64,000 nucleotides of DNA from Eledone cirrhosa (taxonomy: Eukaryota), in assembly GCA_964016885.1 (NCBI GenBank), contig OZ024744.1, positions 10,540,001-10,604,000 of the forward strand, given 5' to 3'. The notes under the pieces are model-generated. The model saw nothing but the letters and a program-made list of their open reading frames with translations. It searched no databases and had not been told where the DNA came from. The first letter of the stretch is position 1, and each line of letters starts with the position of its first letter. The position numbers were made by a program, and so were the translations under genes. Below, piece after piece: positions 24,701-39,400 of the stretch.

Positions 24701-26270
24701 GTGCTTTTGTACTCCAATATGTTTTGATGTTGTACTCCACTGTGTTGTGTTGTTGAACTCCAATATGTTGTGTTGTTGTTCTCCAATATTTTGTGATGTT
24801 GTACTCCAATGTGTTGTGTTGTTATACTCCGATATGTTGTGTTGTGATACTCCAATGTGTTGTGTTGTTGTACTCCAATATGTTGTGTTGTTGTACTCCA
24901 ATATGTTGTGTTGTTATACTCCAATGTGGTGTGCTGTTGTAATCCAATATATTGTGTTGTACTCCAATATGTTGTGTTGTTATACTCCAATATGTAGTGT
25001 TGTTATACTCCAATATGTTATGATGTTGTACTGCAATATATTGTGTTGTTGTACTCCAATATGTCTTGTTATAGTCCAATATGTCGTGTTGTTGTACTCC
25101 AATATGTCATGCTGTTGTACTCCAATTTTTTCGTGTTGTTGTACCCCAATATGTCGTGTTGATTATACTACAATTTTTGTTGCTGTTGTACTCCAATATG
25201 TTGTGTTGTTGTACTCTAATATGTTGTGTTGTTATTCTCCAATATGTTGTGCTGTTGTACTCCAATGTGTTATGTTGTTATACTCCAATATGTTGTGCTG
25301 TGATACTCCAATATGTTGTGTTGTTGTACTCCAATCTGTTGTGTTGTTATACTCCAATATGTTGTGTTGTTATACTCCAATATGTTGTTTTACTCCAATA
25401 TGTTGTGTTGTTGTACTCCAATATGTTGTGTTGTAGTACTCCAATATGTTGTGTTGTTGTAATCCAATATCTTGTGTTGTTATACTCCAATATGTTGTGT
25501 TGTTGTACTCCAATATGTTGTGTTGTTGTTCTCCAATATGTTGTGTTGTTATACTCCAATATGTTGTGTTATGATACTCCAATATGTTGTGCTGTTGTAC
25601 TCCAATATGTTGTGTTGTCGTACTCCAATATGTGATGTTGTATTGTTTTTCTCCAATATGTCATGTTATACTCCAATATGTTGTGTTCGTGTACTGCAAT
25701 ATGTTGTGTTATTGTACTCCAATATGTTGCGTTGTTGTACTCCAATATGTTGTGTTGTTATACTCCAATATGTCGTGTTGTTGTACTCCAATATGTTGTT
25801 TTGTTGTACTCCAATATGTCATGTTGTTGTACTCCAGTATGTCTTGTTATACTCCAATATGTCGTGTTGCTGTACTCCAATATGTCATGCTGTTGTACTC
25901 CAATATGTTTTGCTGTTGTACTCCACTGTGTTGTGTTGTTGAACTCCAATATGTTGTGTTGTTGTTCTCCAATATTTTGTGATGTTGTACTCCAATGTGT
26001 TGTGTTGTTATACTCCAATATGTTGTGTTGTTATACTCCAATATGTTGTGTTGTTATACTCCAATATGTTGTGTTGTTGTACTCCAATATGTTGTGTTGT
26101 GATACTCCAATATGTTGTGCTGTTGTACTCCAATATGTTGAGTTGTTATACTCCAATATGTAGTGTTGTTATACTTCAATATGTTGTGTTGTTGTACTCC
26201 AATATGTTGTGTTGTTGTACTCCAATATGTTGTGTTGTTGTACTCCAATATGTTGTGTTGTTGTACTCCA
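15790..26270 (+). repeat. Two tandem diverged ~5.4-5.8-kb sub-units (~15790-20890 and ~21250-26270) inside the 20-kb unit
   Basis: Offsets are +5462 (15898->21360), +5732 (16731->22463, 18289->24021, 19090->24822), +5801 (19671->25472) and +5373 (20385->25758). Confidence 0.85.
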
Positions 26271-29200
26271 ATATGTGATGTTGTTGTACTCCAATATGTC
26301 GCGTTGTTGTACTCCAATATGTTGTGTTGTTATACTCCAATATTTCGTGTTGTTTTACTCCAATATGTCATGTTGTTGTACTCCAGTATGTCTTGTTATA
26401 CTCCAATATGTCGTGTTGCTGTACTCCAATATGTCATGCTGTTGTACTCCAATATGTTTTGCTGTTGTACTCCACTGTGTTGTGTTGTTGAACTCCAATA
26501 TGTTGTGTTGTTGTTCTCCAATATTTTGTACTGTTGTACTCCAATTTGTGTTGTTGTACTCCAATATGTTGTGTTGTTGTACTCCAATATGTTGTGTTGT
26601 TGTACTCCAATATGTTGTGTTGTTATACTCCAATATGTTGTGCTGTTGTACTCCAATATGTCGTGTTGTTGTACTCCAATATCTTTTGATGGTGTACTCC
26701 AATATGTTGTGTTGTTGTACTCCAATATGTTTTGATGTTGTACTCCAATATGTTGTGTTGTTGTACTCCAATATGTTGTGTAGTCGTACTCCAATATGTT
26801 GTGTTGTTGTACTCCAATATGCTGTGATGTTGTACTCCAATATGATGTGATGTTGTACTCCAATGCGTTGTGTTGTTGTACTCCAATGTGATGTGTTGTT
26901 GTACTCCAATATGTTGTGCCGTTGTACTCCAATATCTTTTATTTTTGTACTCCAATATGTTGTGTTGTTATACTCCAATATGTTGTGTTGTTATACTCCA
27001 ATATGTTGTGCTGTTGTACTCCAAATCTCGTGTTGTTATACTCCAATGTGTTGTGTTGTTATACTCCAATATGGTGTGTTGTTGTACTCCAATATGTTGT
27101 ATTGTTTTTTTCCAATATGTCATGTTATACTCCAATATGTTGTGTTCGTGTTCTCCAATATGTTGTGTTATTGTACTCCAATATGTTGCGTTGTTGTACT
27201 CCAATATGTTGTGTTGTTATACTCCAATATGTTGTGTTGTTGTACTCCAATATGTTGTCTTGTTGTACTCCAAAAGGCCATGTTATCGTACTCCAATATG
27301 TCTTGTTATACTCCAATATGTCGTATGGCTGTACTCCAATATGTCATGTTGTTGTACTCCAATATGTCTTGTTATAGTCCAATATGTCGTGTTGTTGTAC
27401 TCCAATATGTCATGTAGTTGTATTCCAATATTTCGTGTTGTTGTACCCCAATATGTCGTGTTGTTTATACTCCAATATGTTTTGCTGTTGTACTCCAATA
27501 TGTTGTGTTGCTGTACTCCAATATGTTGTGTTGTTATTCTCCAATATGTTGTGCTGTTGTACTCCAATGTGTTATGTTGTTATACTCCAATATGTTGTGC
27601 TGTGCTACTCCAATATATTGTGTTGTTGTACTCCAATGTGTTGTGTTGTTATACTCCAATATGTTGTGTTGATTTACTCCAATATGTTGTGTTGTTGTAC
27701 TCCAATCTGTTGTGTTGTTATACTCCAATATGTTGTGTTGTTATACTCCAATATGTTGTGTTGTTTTACTCCAATATGTTGTGTTGTTGTACTCCAATAC
27801 GTTGTGTTGTTGTACTCCAATATGTTGTGTTGTTGTAATCCAATATCTTGTGTTGTTATACTCCAATATGTTGTGTTGTTCTACTCCAATATGTTGTGTT
27901 GTTATACTCCAATATGTTGTGTTGTGATACTCCAATATGTTGTGCTGTTGTACTCCAATATGTTGTGTTGTTATACTCCAATATCTTGTGTTGTTTTACT
28001 CCAATATGTTGTGTTGTTGTACTCCAATATGTTGTATTGTTGTTCTCCAATATGTCATGTTATACTCCAATAAGTTGTGTTCTTGTACTCCAATATGTTG
28101 TGTTGTTGTACTCCAATATATCATGTTGTCGTACTCCAATATGTCATGTTATACTCCAATATGTCGTTGTTATACTCCAATATGTCATGTTGTTGTACTC
28201 CAATATGTCGTATTGTTGTACTCCAATATGTTTTGATGTTGTACTCCAATATGTTGTGTTGTTGTACTCCAATATGTTGTGTTGTTGTACTCCAATATGT
28301 TGTGTTGTTGTACTCCAATATGTTGTGTTGTTATACTCCAATATGTTATGATGTTGTACTCCAATATATTGTGTTGTTGTACTCCAATATGTTGTGTTGT
28401 TGTATTCAATACGCTGTGTTGTTGTACTCCAATATGTTGTGTTGTTGTACTCCAATATGTAGTTGTACTCCAATATGTTGTGTTGTTGTACTCCAATAGG
28501 TTGTGTTGTTATACTCCAATATGTTGTGCTGTTGTACTCCAATATTTCGTGTTGTTGTACTCCAATACGTCGTGTTGTTGTACTCCAATATGTTTTGATG
28601 TTGTACTCCAATACGTTGTGTTGTTGTACTCCAATATGTTTTGATGTTGTACTCCAATATGTTGTGTTGTTGTACTCCAATATGTTTTGATGTTGTACTC
28701 CAATATGTTGTGTTGTTGTACTCCAATATGTTGTGTAGTCGTACTCCAATATGTTGTGTTGTTGTACTCCAATATGCTGTGATGTTGTACTCCAATGCGT
28801 TGTATTGTTGTACTCCAATGTGATGTGTTGTTGTACTCCAATATGTTGTGCCGTTGTACTCCAATATTTTTTATTTTTGTACTCCAATATGTTGTGTTGT
28901 TATACTCCAATATGTTGTGTTGTTATACTCCAATATGTTGTGCTGTTGTACTCCAAATCTCGTGTTGTTATACTCCAATGTGTTGTGTTGTTATACTCCA
29001 ATATGGTGTGTTGTTGTACTCCAATATGTTGTATTGTTTTTTTCCAATATGTCATGTTATACTCCAATATGTTGTGTTCGTGTACTCCAATATGTTGTGT
29101 TATTGTACTCCAATATGTTGCGTTGTTGTACTCCAATATGTTGTGTTGTTATACTCCAATATGTTGTGTTGTTGTACTCCAATATGTTGTCTTGTTGTAC

Positions 29201-29630
29201 TCCAAAAGGCCATGTTATCGTACTCCAATATGTCTTGTTATACTCCAATATGTCGTGTGGCTGTACTCCAATATGTCATGTTGTTATACTCCAATATGTC
29301 TTGTTATAGTCCAATATGTCGTGTTGTTGTACTCCAATATGTCATGTAGTTGTATTCCAATATTTCGTGTTGTTGTACCCCAATATGTCGTGTTGTTTAT
29401 ACTCCAATATGTTTTGCTGTTGTACTCCAATATGTTGTGTTGCTGTACTCCAATATGTTGTGTTGTTATTCTCCAATATGTTGTGCTGTTGTACTCCAAT
29501 GTGTTATGTTGTTATACTCCAATATGTTGTGCTGTGCTACTCCAATATATTGTGTTGTTGTACTCCAATGTGTTGTGTTGTTATACTCCAATATGTTTTG
29601 ATGTTGTACTGCAATATGTCGTGTTGTTGT

Positions 29631-30406
29631 ACTCCAATATGTCGTGTTGTTGTACTCCAATATGTTGTGTTTTGTACTCCAATATGTTGTGTTATTGTAC
29701 TCCAATATGTTGTGTTGTTATACTCCAATATGCTGTGCTGTTGTACTCCAATATGTTATGTTGTACTCCAATATGTTGTGTTGTTGTACTCCAATATATC
29801 ATGTTGTCATACTCCAATATGTCATGTTATACTCCAATATGTCGTTGTTATACTCCAATATGTCATGTTGCTGTACTCCAATATGCCGCGCTGTTGTACT
29901 CCAATATGTTTTGATGTTGTACTCCAATATGTTGTGTTGTTGTACTCCAATATGTTGTGTTGTTGTACTCCAATATGTTGTGTTGTTATACTCCAATATG
30001 TTGTGCTGTTGTACTCCAATATGTCAGGTTGTTGTACTCCGATATTTCGTGTTGTTCTACTCCAATATTTCGTGTTGTTTTACTCCAATACGTCGTGGTG
30101 TTGTACTCCAATATGTTTTGATGTTGTACTCCAATATATCGTGTTGTTGTACTCCAATATGTTGTGTTGTTGAACTCCAATATGCTGTGTTGTTATACTC
30201 CTAAATGTTGTGTTGTTGTACTCCAATATGTTGTGTTGTACTCCAATATGTTGTGTTGTTACACTCCACAATGTTGTGTTGTTGTACTCCAATATGTTAT
30301 GTTGTACTCCAATATGTTGTGTTGTTGTACTCCAATATTTCGTGTTGTTTTACTCCAATATGTCATGTTGTTGTACTCCAATATTTCGTGTTGTTGTACT
30401 CCAATA
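29631..30406 (+). repeat. ~0.77-kb junction patch duplicating 15005-15780
   Basis: Constant +14626 offset (15173->29799, 15360->29986, 15584->30210). It carries variants of the 15-kb copy (TGTCATACTCC, TATATCGTG) rather than those of the related 10-kb copy. Confidence 0.85.
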
Positions 30407-33400
30407 CGTTGTGTTGTTGTACTCCAATATTTTGTACTGTTATACTCCAATATGTTGTGTTGTTATACTCCAAAAAGTTGTGTTGTTTTACTCCAATATG
30501 TTGTGTTGTTATACTCCAGTATGTTGTGTTGTTGTACTCCAATATGTTGTGTTGTTGTACTCCAATATGTCATGTTATACTCCAATATGTCATGTTGTTT
30601 TACTCCAATATGTTGTGTTGTTGCACTCCAATATGTCGTGTTGTTGTACTCCAATATGTTGTGTTTTGTACTCCAATATGTTGTGTTATTGTACTCCAAT
30701 ATGTTGTGTTGTTATACTCCAATATGCTGTGCTGTTGTACTCCAATATGTTATGTTGTACTCCAATATGTTGTGTTGTTGTACTCCAATATATCATGTTG
30801 TCGTACTCCAATATGTCATGTTATACTCCAATATGTCGTTGTTATACTCCAATATGTCATGTTGTCGTACTCCAATATGCCGCGCTGTTGTACTCCAATA
30901 TGTTTTGAAGTTGTACTCCAATATGTTGTGTTGTTGTACTCCAATATGTTGTGTTGTTGTACCCCAATATGTTGTGTTGTTATACTCCAATATGTTGTGC
31001 TGTTGTACTCCAATATGTCAGGTTGTTGTACTCCGATATTTCGTGTTGTTCTACTCCAATATTTCGTGTTGTTTTACTCCAATACGTCGTGGTGTTGTAC
31101 TCCAATATGTTTTGATGTTGTACTCCAATATGTCGTGTTGTTGTACTCCAATATGTTGTGTTGTTGAACTCCAATATGTTGTGTTGTTGAACTCCAATAT
31201 GCTGTGTTGTTATACTCCTAAATGTTGTGTTGTTGTACTCCAATATGTTGTGTTGTACTCCAATATGTTGTGTTGTTACACTCCACAATGTTGTGTTGTT
31301 GTACTCCAATATGTTGTGTTGTTGTACTCCAATATTTCGTGTTGTTTTACTCCAATATGTCATGTTGTTGTACTCCAATAGTTCGTGTTGTTGTACTCCA
31401 ATATGTCATGGTGTTGTACTTCAATATGTCGTATTGTTGTACTCCAGTATGTTGTGTTGTTGTTCTCCAATATGTCGTGTTGTTATACTCCAATATGTTT
31501 TGTCGTTGTACTCCAATATGTTGTGTTGTTGTACTCCAATATGTTGTGTTGTTGTAATCCAATATCTTGTGTTGTTATACTCCAATATGTTGTGTTGTTG
31601 TACTCCAATATGTTGTGTTGTTGTTCTCCAATATGTTGTTATACTCCAATATGTTGTGTTGTGATACTCCAATATGTTGTGCTGTTGTACTACAATATGT
31701 GTTGTTGTTGTACTCCAATATGTTGCGTTGTTGTACTCCAATATATCATGTTGTCGTACTCCAATATGTCATGTTATACTCCAATATGTTTTGATGCTGT
31801 ACTCCAATATGTTGTGTTGTTGTACTACAATATGTTGTGTTGTTGTACTCCAATATGTTGTTTTTTGTACTCCAATATGTCATGTTGTTGTACTCCAGTA
31901 TGTCTTGTTATACTCCAATATGTCGTGTTGCTGTACTCCAATATGTCATGATGTTGTACTCCAATATGTTTTGCTGTTGTACTCCACTGTGTTGTGTTGT
32001 TGAACTCCAATATGTTGTGTTGTTGTTCTCCAATATTTTGTGATGTTGTACTCCAATGGGTTGTGTTGTTATACTCCAATATGTTGTGTTGTTATACTCC
32101 AATATGTTGTGTTGTTGTACTCCAATATGTTGTGTTGTTGTACTCCAATATGTGATGTTGTTGTACTCCAATATGTCGCGTTGTTGTACTCCAATATGTT
32201 GTGTTGTTATACTCCAATATTTCGTGTTGTTTTACTCCAATATGTCATGTTGTTGTACTCTAGTATGTCTTGTTATACTCCAATATATCGTGTTGCTGTA
32301 CTCCAATATGTCATGCTGTTGTACTCCAATATGTTTTGCTGTTGTACTCCACTGTGTTGTGTTGTTGAACTCCAATATGTTGTGTTGTTGTTCTCCAATA
32401 TTTTGTGCTGTTGTACTCCAATTTGTGTTGTTGTACTCCAATATGTTGTGTTGTTGTACTCCAATATGTTGTGTTGTTGTACTCCAATATGTTGTGTTGT
32501 TATACTCCAATATGTTGTGCTGTTGTACTCCAATATTTCGTGTTTTTGTACTCTATACGTCGTGTTGTTGTACTCCAATATGTTTTGATGTTGTACTCCA
32601 ATATGTTGTGTTGTTGTACTCCAATATGTTTTGATGTTGTACTCCAATATGTTGTGTTGTTGTACTCCAATATGTCGTGTAGTCGTACTCCAATATGTTG
32701 TGTTGTTGTACTCCAATATGCTGTGATGTTGTACTCCAATGTGATGTGATGTTGTACTCCAATGCGCTGTGTTGTTGTACTCCAATGTGATGTGTTGTTG
32801 TACTCCAATATGTTGTGCTGTTGTACTCCAAATCTCGTGTTGTTATACTCCAATGTGTTGTGTTGTTATACTCGAATATGGTGTGTTGTTGTACTCCAAT
32901 ATGTTGTATTGTTTTTTTCCAATATGTCATGTTATACTCCAATATGTTGTGTTCGTGTACTCCAATATGTTGTGTTATTGTACTCCAATATGTTGTGTTG
33001 TTATACTCCAATATGTTGTGTTGTTATACTCCAATATGTTGTGTTGTTGTACTCCAATATGTTGTCTTGTTGTACTCCAAAAGGCCATGTTATCGTACTC
33101 CAATATGTCTTGTTATACCCCAATATGTCGTGTGGCTGTACTCCAATATGTCATGTTGTTGTACTCCAATATGTCTTGTTATAGTCCAATATGTCGTGTT
33201 GTTGTACTCCAATATGTCATGTAGTTGTATTCCAATATTTCGTGTTGTTGTACCCCAATATGTCGTGTTGTTTATACTCCAATATGTTTTGCTGTTGTAC
33301 TCCAATATGTTGTGTTGCTGTACTCCAATATGTTGTGTTGTTATTCTCCAATATGTTGTGCTGTTGTACTCCAATGTGTTATGTTGTTATACTCCAATAT

Positions 33401-36400
33401 GTTGTGCTGTGCTACTCCAATATATTGTGTTGTTGTACTCCAATGTGTTGTGTTGTTATACTCCAATATGTTGTGTTGATTTACTCCAATATGTTGTGTT
33501 GTTGTACTCCAATCTGTTGTGTTGTTATACTCCAATATGTTGTGTTGTTATACTCCAATATGTTGTGTTGTTTTACTCCAATATGTTGTGTTGTTGTACT
33601 CCAATATGTTGTGTTGTTGTACTCCAATATGTTGTGTTGTTGTAATCCAATATCTTGTGTTGTTATACTCCAATATGTTGTGTTGTTGTACTCCAATATG
33701 TTGTGTTGTTATACTCCAATATGTTGTGTTGTGATACTCCAATATGTTGTGCTGTTGTACTCCAATATGTTGTGTTGTTATACTCCAATATGTTGTGTTG
33801 TTTTACTCCAATATGTTGTGTTGTTGTACTCCAATATGTTGTATTGTTGTTCTCCAATATGTCGTTGTTATACTCCAATATGTCATGTTGTTGTACTCCA
33901 ATATGTCGTATTGTTGTACTCCAATATGTTTTGATGTTGTACTCCAATAAGTTGTGTTGTTGTACTCCAATATGTTGTGTAGTCGTACTCCAATATGTTG
34001 TATTGTTATACTCCAATATGTTGTGCTGTTGTACTCCAATATGTTTTGATGTTGTACTCCAATATATTGTGTTGCTGTACTCCAATATGTCGTGTAGTCG
34101 TACTCCAATATGTTGTGTTGTTGTACTCCAATATGATGTGATGTTGTCCTCCAATATGATGTGCTGTTGTACTCCAATGCGTTGTGTTGTTGTACTCCAA
34201 TATGCTGTGTTGTTATACTCCAATATGTTGTGTTGTTATACTCCAATATGTTGTGTTGGTGTAATCCAATATCTTGTGTTATTTTACTCCAATATGTTGT
34301 GTTGTTGTACTCCAATATGTTGTGTTGTTGTACTCCAATATGTTGTGTTGTTGTAATCCAATATCTTATGTTGTTATACTCCAATATGTTGTGCTGTTGT
34401 ACTCCAATATGTTGACTTGTTATACTCCAATATGTAGTGTTGTTATACTCCAATATGTTGTGTTGTTGTACTCCAATCTGTTGCGTTATACTCCAATATG
34501 TTGTGTTGTTATACTCCAATATGTTATGTTGTTATACTCCAATATGTTGTGTTGTTTTACTCCAATATGTTGTATTGTTGATCTCCAATATGTCATATTA
34601 TACTCCATTAAGTTGTGTTCTTGTACTCCAATATGTTTTGTTGTTGTACTCCAATATGTTGCTTTGTTGTACTCCAATATATCATGTTGTCGTACTCCAA
34701 TATGTCATGTTATACTCCAATATGTTTTGATGATGTACTCCAATATGTTGTGTTGTTGTACTACAATATGTTGTGTTGTTGTACTCCAATATGTTGTGTT
34801 GTTATACTCCAATATGTTGTGCTGTTGTACTCCAATATGTCAGGTTGTTGTACTCCGATATTTCGTGTTGTTCTACTCCAATATTTCGTGTTGTTTTACT
34901 CCAATATGTCGTGGTGTTGTACTCCAATATGTTTTGATGTTGTACTCCAATATGTCGTGTTGTTGTACTCCAATATGTTGTGTTGTTGAACTCCAATATG
35001 CTGTGTTGTTATACTCCTAAATGTTGTGTTGTTGTACTCCAATATGTTGTGTTGTACTCCAATATGTTGTGTTGTTACACTCCACAATTTTGTGTTGTTG
35101 TACTCCAAAATGTGATGTTGTTGTACTCCAATATGTTGTGTTGTTATACTCCAATATTTCGTGTTGTTTTACTCCAATATGTCGTGTTGTCGTACTCCAA
35201 TATATTGTGTTGTTGTACTCCAATATGTTGTGTTGTTGTACTCCAATATGTTGTGTTGTTATACTCCAATATGTTGTGTTGTTATACTCCAAAAAGTTGT
35301 GTTGTTTTACTCTAATATGTTGTGCTGTTATACTCCAGTATGCTGTGTTGTTGTACTCCAATATTTTGTGATGTTGTACTCCAATATGTTGTGTTGTTGT
35401 ACTCCAATATGTTGTGTTGTTGTACTCCAATACGTTGTGTTGTTGTACTCCAATATTTTGTGCTGTTATACTCCAATATATTGTGTTGTTATACTCCAAA
35501 AAATTGTGTTGTTTTACTCCAATATGTTGTGTTGTTATACTCCAGTATGTTGTGTTGTTGTACTCCAATATGTTGTGTTGTTGTACTCCAATATGTCATG
35601 TTATACTCCAATATGTCATCTTGTTTTACTCCAATATGTTGTGTTGTTGCACTCCAATATGTCGTGTTGTTGTACTCCAATATGTTGTGTTTTGTACTCC
35701 AATATGTTGTGTTATTGTACTCCAATATGTTGTGTTGTTATACTCCAATATGCTGTGCTGTTGTACTCCAATATGTTATGTTGTACTCCAATATGTTGTG
35801 TTGTTGTACTCCAATATATCATGTTGTCATACTCCAATATGTCATGTTATACTCCAATATGTCGTTGTTATACTCCAATATGTCATGTTGCTGTACTCCA
35901 ATATGCCGCGCTGTTGTACTCCAATATGTTTTGATGTTGTACTCAAATATGTTGTGTTGTTGTACTCCAATATGTTGTGTTGTTGTACTCCAATATGTTG
36001 TGTTGTTATACTCCAATATGTTGTGCTGTTGTACTCCAATATGTCAGGTTGTTGTACTCCGATATTTCGTGTTGTTCTACTCCAATATTTCGTGTTGTTT
36101 TACTCCAATACGTCGTGGTGTTGTACTCCAATATGTTTTGATGTTGTACTCCAATATATCGTGTTGTTGTACTCCAATATGTTGTGTTGTTGAACTCCAA
36201 TATGCTGTGTTGTTATACTCCTAAATGTTGTGTTGTTGTACTCCAATATGTTGTGTTGTACTCCAATATGTTGTGTTGTTACACTCCACAATGTTGTGTT
36301 GTTGTACTCCAATATGTTATGTTGTACTCCAATATGTTGTGTTGTTGTACTCCAATATTTCGTGTTGTTTTACTCCAATATGTCATGTTGTTGTACTCCA

Positions 36401-39400
36401 ATATTTCGTGTTGTTGTACTCCAATATGTCATGATGTTGTACTCCAATATGTTGTGTTATTTTACTCCAATATGTTGTGTTGTTGTACTCCAATATGTTG
36501 TGTTGTTGTACTCCAATATGTTGTGTTGTTGTAATCCAATATCTTGTGTTGTTATACTCCAATATGTTGTGTTGTTGTACTCCAATATGTTGTGTTGTTG
36601 TTCTCCAATATGTTGTTATACTCCAATATGTTGTGTTGTGATACTCCAATATGTTGTGCTGTTGTACTACAATATGTGTTGTTGTTGTACTCCAATATGT
36701 TGCGTTGTTGTACTCCAATATATCATGTTGTCGTATTCCAATATGTCATGTTATACTCCAATATGTTTTGATGCTGTACTCCAATATGTTGTGTTGTTGT
36801 ACTACAATATGTTGTGTTGTTGTACTCCAATATGTTGTTTTTTGTACTCCAATATGTCATGTTGTTGTACTCCAGTATGTCTTGTTATACTCCAATATGT
36901 CGTGTTGCTGTACTACAATATGTCATGATGTTGTACTCCAATATGTTTTGCTGTTGTACTCCACTGTGTTGTGTTGTTGAACTCCAATATGTTGTGTTGT
37001 TGTTCTCCAATATTTTGTGATGTTGTACTCCAATGGGTTGTGTTGTTATACTCCAATATGTTGTGTTGTTATACTCCAATATGTTGTGTTGTTGTACTCC
37101 AATATGTTGTGCTGTTGTACTCCAATATTTCGTGTTGTTGTACTCCATACGTCGTGTTGTTGTACTCCAATATGTTTTGATGTTGTACTCCAATATGTTG
37201 TGTTGTTGTACTCCAATATGTTGTGTTGTTGTACTCCAATATGTTTTGATGTTGTACTCCAATATGTTATGTTGTTGTACTCCAATATGTCGTGTAGTCG
37301 TACTCCAATATGTTGTGTTGTTGTACTCCAATATGCTGTGATGTTGTACTCCAATGTGATGTGATGTTGTACTCCAATGCGCTGTGTTGTTGTACTCCAA
37401 TGTGATGTGTTGTTGTACTCCAATATGTTGTGCCGTTGTACTCCAATATTTTTTATTTTTGTACTCCAATATGTTGTGTTGTTATACTCCAATATGTTGT
37501 GTTGTTATACTCCAATATGTTGTGCTGTTGTACTCCAAATCTCATGTTGTTATACTCCAATGTGTTGTGTTGTTATACTCGAATATGGTGTGTTGTTGTA
37601 CTCCAATATGTTGTATTGTTTTTTTCCAATATGTCATGTTATACTCCAATATGTTGTGTTCGTGTACTCCAATATGTTGTGTTATTGTACTCCAATATGT
37701 TGTGTTGTTATACTCCAATATGTTGTGTTGTTATACTCCAATATGTTGTGTTGTTGTACTCCAATATGTTGTCTTGTTGTACTCCAAAAGGCCATGTTAT
37801 CGTACTCCAATATGTCTTGTTATACCCCAATATGTCGTGTGGCTGTACTCCAATATGTCATGTTGTTGTACTCCAATATGTCTTGTTATAGTCCAATATG
37901 TCGTGTTGTTGTACTCCAATATGTCATGTAGTTGTATTCCAATATTTCGTGTTGTTGTACCCCAATATGTCGTGTTGTTTATACTCCAATATGTTTTGCT
38001 GTTGTACTCCAATATGTTGTGTTGCTGTACTCCAATGTGTTATGTTGTTATACTCCAATATGTTGTGCTGTGCTACTCCAATATATTGTGTTGTTGTACT
38101 CCAATGTGTTGTGTTGTTATACTCCAATATGTTGTGTTGATTTACTCCAATATGTTGTGTTGTTGTACTCCAATCTGTTGTGTTGTTATACTCCAATATG
38201 TTGTGTTGTTATACTCCAATATGTTGTGTTGTTTTACTCCAATATGTTGTGTTGTTGTACTCCAATATGTTGTGTTGTTGTACTCCAATATGTTGTGTTG
38301 TTGTAATCCAATATCTTGTGTTGTTATACTGCAATATGTTGTGTTGTTGTACTCCAATATGTTGTGTTGTTATACTCCAATATGTTGTGTTGTGATACTC
38401 CAATATGTTGTGCTGTTGTACTCCAATATGTTGTGTTGTTATACTCCAATATGTTGTGTTGTTTTACTCCAATATGTTGTGTTGTTGTACTCCAATATGT
38501 TGTATTGTTGTTCTCCAATATGTCGTTGTTATACTCCAATATGTCATGTTGTTGTACTCCAATATGTCGTATTATTGTACTCCAATATGTTTTGATGTTG
38601 TACTCCAATGTGTTGTGTTGTTGTACTCCAATATGTTGTGTAGTCGTACTCCAATATGTTGTATTGTTATACTCCAATATGTTGTGCTGTTGTACTCCAA
38701 TATGTTTTGATGTTGTACTCCAATATATTGTGTTGCTGTACTCCAATATGTCGTGTAGTCGTACTCCAATATGTTGTGTTGTTGTACTCCAATATGCTGT
38801 GATGTTGTCCTCCAATATGATGTGCTGTTGTACTCCAATGCGTTGTGTTGTTGTACTCCAATATGCTGTGTTGTTATACTCCAATATGTTGTGTTGTTAT
38901 ACTCCAATATGTTGTGTTGGTGTAATCCAATATCTTGTGTTATTTTACTCCAATATGTTGTGTTGTTGTACTCCAATATGTTGTGTTGTTGTACTCCAAT
39001 ATGTTGTGTTGTTGTAATCCAATATCTTGTGTTGTTATACTCCAATATGTTGTGCTGTTGTACTCCAATATGTTGAGTTGTTATACTCCAATATGTAGTG
39101 TTGTTATACTCCAATATGTTGTGTTGTTGTACTCCAATCTGTTGCGTTATACTCCAATATGTTGTGTTGTTATACTCCAATATGTTATGTTGTTATACTC
39201 CAATATGTTGTGTTGTTTTACTCCAATATGTTGTATTGTTGATCTCCAATATGTCATATTATACTCCATTAAGTTGTGTTCTTGTACTCCAATATGTTTT
39301 GTTGTTGTACTCCAATATGTTGCTTTGTTGTACTCCAATATATCATGTTGTCGTACTCCAATATGTCATGTTATACTCCAATATGTTTTGATGATGTACT

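Larger units (their letters stand above)
9673..29642 (+). repeat. Higher-order segmental duplication, copy 1 (~20 kb)
   Basis: ORFs and rare variant monomers recur at +20715 (9748->30463, 10265->30980) and then at +20646 (11627->32273, 18289->38935, 24021->44667, 29350->49996). GGCC landmark monomers at 12427/17134/22866/27266/29198 map exactly to 33073/37780/43512/47912/49844. Confidence 0.95.
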
